Assembly: GCA_037444125.1 (NCBI GenBank)
Contig: JBBINA010000006.1
Coordinates: 1-56,618 of the forward strand
DNA from: a bacterium
Lineage (GTDB): Bacteria; Patescibacteriota; Minisyncoccia; JBBINA01
Direction of reading: 5' to 3'
Length of the DNA stretch: 56,618 nucleotides
A program made the position numbers and the translations under genes. Shown here in pieces: positions 49,611 to 56,618 of this stretch (the stretch's first letter is position 1; each line of letters begins with the position of its first letter). The notes under the pieces were generated by a model. That model was not told the origin of the DNA. It worked only from the letters and a program-made list of their open reading frames with translations, and searched no databases.

Positions 49611-49735
49611 AATTTTTATTGATACTTATAAATTTAAAATTTTATAACAAATTATACTAAACGCAAAAAATTAAATACAACAGACTTTAATAATCTGTTG
49701 CTCAAACCTAGGCTAACAACAAAATACAAATTTCA

Positions 49736-50608
49736 TCAAAACAAACTTACTTTATTATCAGCACCGAAAATTTTAATTTTTGTAATTAAAAAATTTTTAA
49801 GCTGTTCAACTATCTTTTCTCCAATAGTATAAGGGATACTTTCTTTAGAGTTTTTCAGTAAAAGTGTCTCTAACCCCTGTCTCCACGCTTGCCTTAATTC
49901 AGTGTTAATATGGATATTAGTTATACCCGCATCAATAGCTTTTTTAAAATCTTCGTCAGAAATTCCTGATCCGCCATGTAATACTAGATAGGTATTTGAA
50001 ATTATCTTATTAACGGACTCGATTAAATCAAATCTTAATTTTGGATTGCCAAAAACCGAAACCCCATGGATATTACCCACCGAAATTGCCAAACGATCAA
50101 CTCCTGTCGCTTCAATAAATTTTTTAACCTCCTCAGGTTTAGTTAAATACTCATCTTTCAATTCTATTTTTTCTTCTAAAATTTTGGAAACGCCCATAAT
50201 ATGCCCAAGTTCACCTTCAATCATAATATGAGAACCAATTTTGTTTCGATATTCAACAACTCGTTTGGTGATCTCAATATTTTTTTCAAAAGGCAATTCT
50301 GAGCCGTCAAAATGCACTGAATCAAACCCAAGATCAATGCATTTCTTACAAGCCTCAAAACTTTTATGATGGTCTGCATTAATAAAAACCTCAGCGCCGA
50401 TTTCTTTTTTTAAACTTCGTACTAAATTAAAAGCGGTATACGCAGTCAGATATTTTTCTTCGCTCTCTGATACTCCTATTATAACTGGAGCTTTTGTTTC
50501 TTTTGCGGCTAAAACAATGGCCTTAACAATCTCAAAATTAGAAAAATTAAAATGCGGTATGGCAAATTTTTCAATCTTGGCTTTTTTAAAATAATCTTGA
50601 AGCGTCAT
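49736..50608 (-). CDS. fba: class II fructose-bisphosphate aldolase
   Basis: NADH, DGS.LP...NI, EGELG, GNIHG, VLHGGSG and INTE motifs. Confidence 0.92.
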   Translation of the reverse strand: MTLQDYFKKAKIEKFAIPHFNFSNFEIVKAIVLAAKETKAPVIIGVSESEEKYLTAYTAFNLVRSLKKEIGAEVFINADHHKSFEACKKCIDLGFDSVHFDGSELPFEKNIEITKRVVEYRNKIGSHIMIEGELGHIMGVSKILEEKIELKDEYLTKPEEVKKFIEATGVDRLAISVGNIHGVSVFGNPKLRFDLIESVNKIISNTYLVLHGGSGISDEDFKKAIDAGITNIHINTELRQAWRQGLETLLLKNSKESIPYTIGEKIVEQLKNFLITKIKIFGADNKVSLF

Positions 50609-50858
50609 AAAAATTAATTATAAAATTAAAAATGCCGAAAACAAGATAAAAATAACAAAAATGGCTAGCCCGCTTTATCATATCAGAAAAAACTATTCTC
50701 AATGGTTTAAAATAACATATTAAAAATATCAATTAATGATTTCAAAAGCTTAAACTCAAAAATTAATATTTTGGTCTTATCTTATTTTATAAAGTTAAAT
50801 ATCTTAATTTTAATATAAAAAAGGACTGTGTTGCCGTCCCTTATTCTCGCGCAAAACA

Positions 50859-51296
50859 TCACCTCCACTCAGCGCTTTTACGCTTGAAATAACGAAAATC
50901 TCTTACTCGCTGACGATTAAGCTCTAATCGCCAATAAATAATATAAATGATGCCTGAAAAAACTACACTCCCATACAATATCCAAATGCCAAAATCATTA
51001 AGTTTAGTATCAGTAAATTTACCAGCAATAATTAGAAAAGTTGTGGCCGCTTCGCCTATACGCTCACCAATTGCAGCAAATAATCCCTTCTCTAACGCGC
51101 TTTTAACCAATACGGTCGCCTGAATAGGAAACCAAAATACGGACTTTATTGCGCCCCAAACCGCCGTAAGATAAGGATTAGGTAAAGCCATATCCTGCAA
51201 TGCACCAAATGGCATCCCTAAAGCCGCTGTCAAAATAAACTTATTTAGCAACCATAAACCAAAATTTGAAAAACTGTCTTTGACATACTGCATCAT
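50859..51296 (-). CDS. hypothetical membrane protein
   Basis: 145 aa, hydrophobic segments, AAGGAGGT SD. Confidence 0.65.
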   Translation of the reverse strand: MMQYVKDSFSNFGLWLLNKFILTAALGMPFGALQDMALPNPYLTAVWGAIKSVFWFPIQATVLVKSALEKGLFAAIGERIGEAATTFLIIAGKFTDTKLNDFGIWILYGSVVFSGIIYIIYWRLELNRQRVRDFRYFKRKSAEWR

Positions 51297-51397
51297 ATCT
51301 ACCTCCTTTAAAGAACTTTAATCACCAGTATTATTTTAAAAAGTATTTTATAAAAAAAGTCAAGTAAATTACTTTGTATAAAATATGCCTTTTCAAC

Positions 51398-51431
51398 AAA
51401 AAATCCAGCTTCTAAAAGCTGGATTTTTTTT
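51398..51431. terminator. intrinsic terminator AAAAAATCCAGCT-loop-AGCTGGATTTTTT
   Basis: Perfect stem with A/T tracts, just downstream of the ECF operon's last gene. Confidence 0.8.
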
Positions 51432-51448
51432 ACAAATCTAACCGACTA

Positions 51449-52210
51449 TTATTTTTGCTCCTGGTTACCAAGCGCAGCCTTTAGAGCGTCCCGGGCCTTT
51501 TCTATAGCGACTTTAAATGCATCTTGCGCAGCCTGAATAGAATTCTTTTTGGTTGCCTTCAAAGCCTCAAGTTCTGCTTTATTTTTATCAAGAAGTGCCT
51601 GACGACCGGTTTTAAAATTATCACGTGCTTGCTTAATTGAATTTCTGAAGGTTTCGCGAACTGCTTTAGCATCAACTGAATTGGCGCAATCAACTTTTGC
51701 TTTATCAGAAGCGGCCTTGATTGAATTCTTATACTCCGTAATCAAAGCTTCAAGAGATGTTTTTCTAGAGTTTATCAAGTCATCAACTGCTTTTCTAAAA
51801 GCAGAAATCGCCTCGTCTATAGCTTTACGGCGTATTTCAAGAGCTGAATCAACAGCGCTCTTGAAGGTTTCAACAGCCTGTTTTTGAGTATCGGTCTTGG
51901 CTAAACCCTTAAGCCGATTATACCTTTCTCCAAAACTTTCATCCCGCAGGTCGCGCCTAGTTGAGCGTTTAGCATCATGCTCTGAACGCCTTTGCAAAAG
52001 CCGCATTTCCCGTTCTTGACGTCTATTATTAATTTTAGCCTGCTGTTCAATAAGTTTTTGGTCAATCTTCTCCAAGTTTCGAATAATAACCGTACAGAAT
52101 CTCTCGGTCATCTGAGTAGTCGAAGTTTGCCCTATAACGCTAAAAGGTGTAGCTAAATAACCAAGAACGCCAATTATTATTATTCTCGCTATTAAATTTT
52201 TAGTAGTCAT
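51449..52210 (-). CDS. secreted all-helical/coiled-coil protein
   Basis: Signal peptide from ATG 52210 (MTTKNLIARIIIIGVL...); Ala/Lys/Arg-rich amphipathic helices; two Cys. Confidence 0.75.
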   Translation of the reverse strand: MTTKNLIARIIIIGVLGYLATPFSVIGQTSTTQMTERFCTVIIRNLEKIDQKLIEQQAKINNRRQEREMRLLQRRSEHDAKRSTRRDLRDESFGERYNRLKGLAKTDTQKQAVETFKSAVDSALEIRRKAIDEAISAFRKAVDDLINSRKTSLEALITEYKNSIKAASDKAKVDCANSVDAKAVRETFRNSIKQARDNFKTGRQALLDKNKAELEALKATKKNSIQAAQDAFKVAIEKARDALKAALGNQEQK

Positions 52211-52868
52211 TTTCGTTAATTGATTGACCAAAATCATCCACTTCTTTGCTGTCATACTTAACAAAATCAACTTCATTATCTACCTCTTCAAGCTTTAAAA
52301 CATCGCTTTGTGTATCTTCTAGTATAGAACTCGTAATAACATCTACCTCATTTGCTTGTTCAGCTTGACTCGATGTTTGTACTGACCCAACAATACTTTT
52401 CTCTGTCTCAGGCGCAGAAACAGTAGTTTCCTCGCTCACGGCAGTCTGCTGATTTTCTAAGACTACCTTATCCTGCACCTTCTTGTCGCTAAACCTTGTC
52501 ACACCAAACATTACACCAATAAACAAAACCAGCAATACCGGTATAATTACTTTAAACGGTAACCCCATAAGTGTCTGAATTTGGTTATTTAAGAAGTTAA
52601 ATAGCGACGCTCGACCTAACGTCGCTTTTTTGTCTTGATTTGCTTTTAATCTAATTTGGTTTAAAATACGGGCTGCAATTCCAACTGGAGGTTCTAATAT
52701 TTTATTTTGCCTAACCAAAAAATCAATGGTTTTCAAAATACTAGCTATTTCCTTTTTTTCTTTCGCAAATAAAACTTCAATTTCGCTAATAGTTTTGCCT
52801 TTTTCTAATAAAATCAGCACCCTCTCAATTATGGCGTCTAAATTTTTTAAATCTTTCTTCATATTCAT
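52200..52868 (-). CDS. putative single-pass anti-sigma factor
   Basis: ATGA-coupled to the ECF sigma gene; cytoplasmic N-terminus, one TM, acidic extracellular tail. Confidence 0.6.
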   Translation of the reverse strand: MNMKKDLKNLDAIIERVLILLEKGKTISEIEVLFAKEKKEIASILKTIDFLVRQNKILEPPVGIAARILNQIRLKANQDKKATLGRASLFNFLNNQIQTLMGLPFKVIIPVLLVLFIGVMFGVTRFSDKKVQDKVVLENQQTAVSEETTVSAPETEKSIVGSVQTSSQAEQANEVDVITSSILEDTQSDVLKLEEVDNEVDFVKYDSKEVDDFGQSINENDY

Positions 52869-53377
52869 ATATATCTTTCTTTGATAAGAATATCGCGCAA
52901 AGCCTTAATGGCTCTACACTGAATTTGTCTAATATTTTCTTCTGTCTTATTTAATATTTTAGCGATTTCATTGTTAGATAAATCGTTTATGAACTTCATT
53001 ATTATCACCTCGCGCTGATCGTAAGATAATTTCTTCAAAGCTGAAACAATTAATTTTAATAGCCAATCTTTATCTAAATTTTCAAAAATCTTGCTGTCCA
53101 AAGACTCACGCTCAACAACCTGACCAATTGTATTAATTGATAATTCTTTGTGTTTTTTAAAATAATCAATCAAAACATGACGAACAATCATAAAAAGATA
53201 TGCCGCTGTAAGCTTTGTTGTAGCATCACCTCTAACAAGCCGACGATAAATTTTAAAAAATACTGTCTGAACAATATCCTCGGTTTCATGCCGTAAACCT
53301 ACCCTAACTAAAACATACCGATAGACAACGGCAAAATATTTCTTGTAAAAATCACTATATAATTCAGGTTTCTTCAT
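52865..53377 (-). CDS. ECF RNA polymerase sigma factor
   Basis: Region 2 VYRYV...EDIVQTVF...YLF.I.R..LID; region 4 LS.DQREVI......LS..EIA.IL......Q.RA...LR. Confidence 0.92.
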   Translation of the reverse strand: MKKPELYSDFYKKYFAVVYRYVLVRVGLRHETEDIVQTVFFKIYRRLVRGDATTKLTAAYLFMIVRHVLIDYFKKHKELSINTIGQVVERESLDSKIFENLDKDWLLKLIVSALKKLSYDQREVIIMKFINDLSNNEIAKILNKTEENIRQIQCRAIKALRDILIKERYI

Positions 53378-53379
53378 AT

Positions 53380-53407
53380 ATAACGATATAAAATCGATTT
53401 CGTGACA
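53380..53407 (-). promoter_or_regulatory. putative autoregulatory ECF promoter TGTCAC-16-CGTTAT directly before the ATG
   Basis: Minus-strand TGTCACGAAATCGATTTTATATCGTTATATATG; no SD. Confidence 0.55.
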
Positions 53408-53421
53408 AAATTAAAATGGCG

Positions 53422-54591
53422 CTATATTCCCAGCCCTCCATCAGACCGATAAAATTTCTTGTAAAACGAATTAGCCAAAGCGCCAAATGAACTTAAAGAG
53501 AAAACCAAACCAATAAACCAGCCAACAAAAGGTATAGAAACAACTAGTTCAAACACAATAACGCCTAAAATAACAACCGGCCAAGTTAATTCAAAATCTC
53601 TTTTTTTAAAAAATATCTTTGAAACAGCTCCAATAAATAGCATTCCGCTAAATACTTTTGAAATAATCATTATTAAAACATAAACCAAAATCAGTACAAT
53701 TGCAGGTATAATACCTATTAATGTCGCTATAAGAATTACACTTGCAACCGGTATAACAACAAAAGCCACAAAACCTTTCAATAAATTTTGACCAAAATTA
53801 TTAACCGTGGAATCAACTAGCAATTTTACGCCGGCTCGGAAAGCTAAATAAAACACTAAAGCGCCAGTTATCACAATTAAGGTTTTTATAAGCCAAAAAG
53901 TTGATAAAACGCCAACAAATCTTAACCTAAAACCTTCTTGTTTGACGTTTTTGGGTTCAAGTTTATGGAAATTTATTTTTCCGGAAACTATGACACTAGG
54001 TGAAATTTCAGCTTCTTCGGTTGAATAATAGTCTAAGTCTCCTTTTATCCGGGCATTTGGTCCGACTTTAATTTTGGAAGCTCTTATAATCAAATTATTG
54101 CCTGCAAATCCATCAAAAAAGACTTCCTGACCGCTTAGCTTTACTAAACCATTTATATTAGCTGCTATATGGATATTCCCGCCCAATAACGCCACATCCT
54201 TACCAATTTGTGTTCCTTCTAATAACATTATCTGGCCACCTACACCGATGAAATCGCCTCCGATGTTGCCTGAAAGATTTAAATTGCCGCCGACTATTCT
54301 TACATCACCGCTCACATTACTATTAATATTTACTGAACCGCCTGCCGCAATTATATCTTCTTTAACAGAGGCACCAATCATAAGATTGCCAGCAACAACA
54401 GCCAAATCACCCTGAACCTCGCCTAAAATATTCACATTGCCACTTAGAACATATAAATTTTCAGAAATTACTTCATCTTCCTTAAGAAAAAAACTCGAAC
54501 CGGTCTTAAAACTTGCGGCCACAGTCAAAAAAGGGAACATAAATAACGCAAAAATAAGCGACGCCGATATTTTTTTAAACATAAATGCCAC
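53422..54591 (-). CDS. beta-helix (bactofilin/polymer-forming-like) repeat membrane protein
   Basis: Signal peptide, repeated V.GD....GG.V.I units, 5-6 C-terminal TM helices (IPFVGW). Confidence 0.8.
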   Translation of the reverse strand: MAFMFKKISASLIFALFMFPFLTVAASFKTGSSFFLKEDEVISENLYVLSGNVNILGEVQGDLAVVAGNLMIGASVKEDIIAAGGSVNINSNVSGDVRIVGGNLNLSGNIGGDFIGVGGQIMLLEGTQIGKDVALLGGNIHIAANINGLVKLSGQEVFFDGFAGNNLIIRASKIKVGPNARIKGDLDYYSTEEAEISPSVIVSGKINFHKLEPKNVKQEGFRLRFVGVLSTFWLIKTLIVITGALVFYLAFRAGVKLLVDSTVNNFGQNLLKGFVAFVVIPVASVILIATLIGIIPAIVLILVYVLIMIISKVFSGMLFIGAVSKIFFKKRDFELTWPVVILGVIVFELVVSIPFVGWFIGLVFSLSSFGALANSFYKKFYRSDGGLGI

Positions 54592-54636
54592 TAGAAGTTA
54601 AATTTCCTGCCAATAAATTATCTTACCTATTACTCA

Positions 54637-55089
54637 TTATTCAAAGCTTTCGGGATTAAATTTTCGACGTTGTTTTTTCTTCTCAGACTTTATTTTTTTT
54701 AATATGAGTCGCTTCTCTTTTTCCGCTTCAGGAACTTGAGTTTGCTTTCGTTCAGGCGGAATTTTGGCGGCCTCATTAATCAATCTATGAAGTTTTTCAA
54801 TTACCGTTGCTTTATTTCTTGACTGCGAACGCTCCCGCTAGGACGGAACCGTAAGCCTTCCTTGTCTATTAAGTCTGTTTTTTAGAGATTGAGCAACTCT
54901 TGCCTTATCCACATCGTTCAAAACAGATGATTTTTGGAAATTCCAAATACAAATAACTGTTACCTTCGTTTCAACTTTATTGACATTTTGACCGCCTGAC
55001 CCGCCAGCTCGGCTAAAAACAAACTCCAGCTCATCTTCTGGAATAATAATTTCTTTAGCCTCGAATTTCTTTTCAACTGATTCCAACAT
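54637..55089 (-). pseudogene. arfB: alternative ribosome rescue factor ArfB with one in-frame TAG (54838-54840)
   Basis: FSRAGGSGGQNVNKVETKV, then VPS*RERSQSRNK...P.ERK.T....EKEKRL..KK.KSEKK.QRR in the same frame to TAA at 54637. Confidence 0.88.
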
Positions 55090-55154
55090 AAAAGGGGAAA
55101 ATCATTTAAAAAGTAACACTATTATTATACTCTACAAACATAATTTTGAAAACA

Positions 55155-55203
55155 AACCAAAAGACCGCTTTTGTTGCAGATACTGTTTAGCGGTCTTTTG
55201 GTT
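55155..55203. terminator. 15-bp perfect inverted repeat with 19-nt loop
   Basis: AACCAAAAGACCGCT / AGCGGTCTTTTGGTT, just downstream of the 55226 gene. Confidence 0.7.
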
Positions 55204-55225
55204 AAAAGATTCGCAAATTCACTGA

Positions 55226-56617
55226 CTAATAATCATAACTAAAATGTGGTATTGTTGCATTAAATGATTGACAGACACTATTATAGATACTATCCCTAGC
55301 ACAAATAAGAACTCTATATGTTCCAGGCGGTTTATCTGCTGGATAAGTAATACTAAAATCTGCAGTACAGAATGTTCTCCCTGGATTGCAAGACTTTGTT
55401 TTAAAGTTAATTACAGCTGGTATTGGTTGCAATGGGATGTCGTAAAAATAAACGGGCATCGGGAGACCCGAAACATAATCCACCCTTATTATACCTGACG
55501 CATACCACTGATCGCCCACCTTAGTCATAACTTTATCGCCGGGATTTGATACCTTGAAGATAAGGGGTGGGAACCCAACTTCCAAGGATATTGAACGGTA
55601 GATTGTCTTATTATAATCTATCGCATATGCCGTAATTTTAACTTCATATACTCCCTCCGGTGTTTCTGCCGGTACAAAAAACTTAAGGGTATTAGAGCAC
55701 CATGATGTTCCTCTGCAGGAGGGGTTAGAATATGATATAAATTTTATTCCTTTCGGGAAATTCGAAGTAGGCGGCAAGAAGACAATAGCCGGATATTCAT
55801 TTATAGGAGCAGTAATAGGCCTCGCTACTATGCGGACATCTATCATCCAGCCATTCTCAGTCTTAGACGTCCTCTCCACATCTGCATGCACAAATTCAAA
55901 ATCGAAATCAGGACGTTTGGCATAAAGAGTAAAATATCCTTTTCTCGTTTTCTCACCGGTTGATCCAGACACTTCAATAAGGTAGTCTCCCTCAGTAATA
56001 TTACTAGTTATTGTTAATGTAACTGTGCAGTCATTGCCGGGTTGAGGTCTGCAGCTTTTTGGAGAGAATGAGAAATATGCGTTTGGTACCACCGTATTGA
56101 CGCTAAAATAAATATCAGTGGGCGTTCCGCTCATATGTCTTGCAATAATGATAACTCTAGCAGAGCCGTCTTTTAAATATACATCATCAGCAGTTAGTGA
56201 AAAATCAAGTGGAGATCTCTTTATAACAGTCAAAGTAAATTTTGTTATTCTAGTAATACCCCCACTACTTCCTACAACTGTTATGGTGTAATTACCGACT
56301 TTGATATCTAAAGCTTCAAAAGATAGTTGAGTGTTACATAGGCCACCGTATGAAGGCTTACAAGAGAGTGGATTAAAGTTATATTCCAATCCGATTGGTT
56401 TATATGTCAATCTGAAGTTGACAGTCTCAGGATAACCCGACTTATGGATTACCTGAATATTACTTATTACCTTCTCTCCTTGATAAACAGTCTTATTACC
56501 ATCATTAGTTAAGGAAAAATCAAATTCTCCTCCGGGAATTACAGTAAGATAAAAAGAGGTAGTCTTTTTAATTTTCCAAGCCCTTGCCTCAACAGTTATA
56601 AGATACCTTCCTTCTTT
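55226..56617 (-). CDS. 5'-truncated surface protein with tandem ~100-aa Ig-like repeats
   Basis: Frame is open to the window edge (KEGRYLITVEARAWKIKKTTSFYLTV...). Each unit has (F)DFSL..., SG.P..V.F, SC.P....C and G.Y.I.V. Confidence 0.8.
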   Translation of the reverse strand, partial: KEGRYLITVEARAWKIKKTTSFYLTVIPGGEFDFSLTNDGNKTVYQGEKVISNIQVIHKSGYPETVNFRLTYKPIGLEYNFNPLSCKPSYGGLCNTQLSFEALDIKVGNYTITVVGSSGGITRITKFTLTVIKRSPLDFSLTADDVYLKDGSARVIIIARHMSGTPTDIYFSVNTVVPNAYFSFSPKSCRPQPGNDCTVTLTITSNITEGDYLIEVSGSTGEKTRKGYFTLYAKRPDFDFEFVHADVERTSKTENGWMIDVRIVARPITAPINEYPAIVFLPPTSNFPKGIKFISYSNPSCRGTSWCSNTLKFFVPAETPEGVYEVKITAYAIDYNKTIYRSISLEVGFPPLIFKVSNPGDKVMTKVGDQWYASGIIRVDYVSGLPMPVYFYDIPLQPIPAVINFKTKSCNPGRTFCTADFSITYPADKPPGTYRVLICARDSIYNSVCQSFNATIPHFSYDY

Positions 56618-56618
56618 T

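Noticed and set aside
463-55498. Numerous short ORFs overlapping longer genes (e.g. 2160-2423, 13971-14273, 19460-19828, 30525-30890, 39152-39478, 45675-46001, 46988-47347)
   Set aside because: Antisense or alternative-frame shadows of well-supported genes, with no motifs of their own.
1-56618. Alternative genetic code (TGA=Gly or TAG reassigned) to explain the broken genes
   Set aside because: pheS, mreB and recJ end at TGA, and HIT and idi end at TAG, all at expected lengths. Most lesions are frameshifts.

Overview
AT-rich bacterial chromosomal segment in genetic code 11 (TAA, TAG and TGA all end genes). Its gene content resembles a Patescibacteria/CPR (Parcubacteria-like) genome: shortened PheT and Mfd, and housekeeping genes mostly without a Shine-Dalgarno (SD) site. 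This assignment is inference. From left to right: a surface-protein cluster (NVGIGTT-repeat fibre protein, SurA-like protein, Kelch/Cys-rich protein); a decayed PilB/GspE ATPase and two frameshifted C39-peptidase-like genes; core genes (prmC, rmlD, rpmG, truB, pheST, gyrB, 3 tRNAs, UvrD, polX, mreBCD-pbp2, recJ, def, rpsU, hisS, lepB, pth, mfd); a decayed corA; a nucleotide-housekeeping patch including an HTH-MazG fusion; an SD-rich accessory block (phnD/phnC/fused phnE facing kinase-HAD-ispH-idi); an ECF sigma/anti-sigma locus; an arfB with one in-frame TAG; and a partial tandem Ig-like surface protein. The best candidates for new biology are: (i) the Phn-type transporter + HAD/kinase + IspH + Idi cluster, as a possible isoprenoid-precursor scavenging module; (ii) amber-interrupted arfB; (iii) rpsU with an extended SD in an SD-poor context; (iv) a 21-bp exact repeat bracketing a module in the fibre gene. 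No CRISPR array, integrase, transposase, reverse transcriptase or rRNA was seen. No database searches were run.
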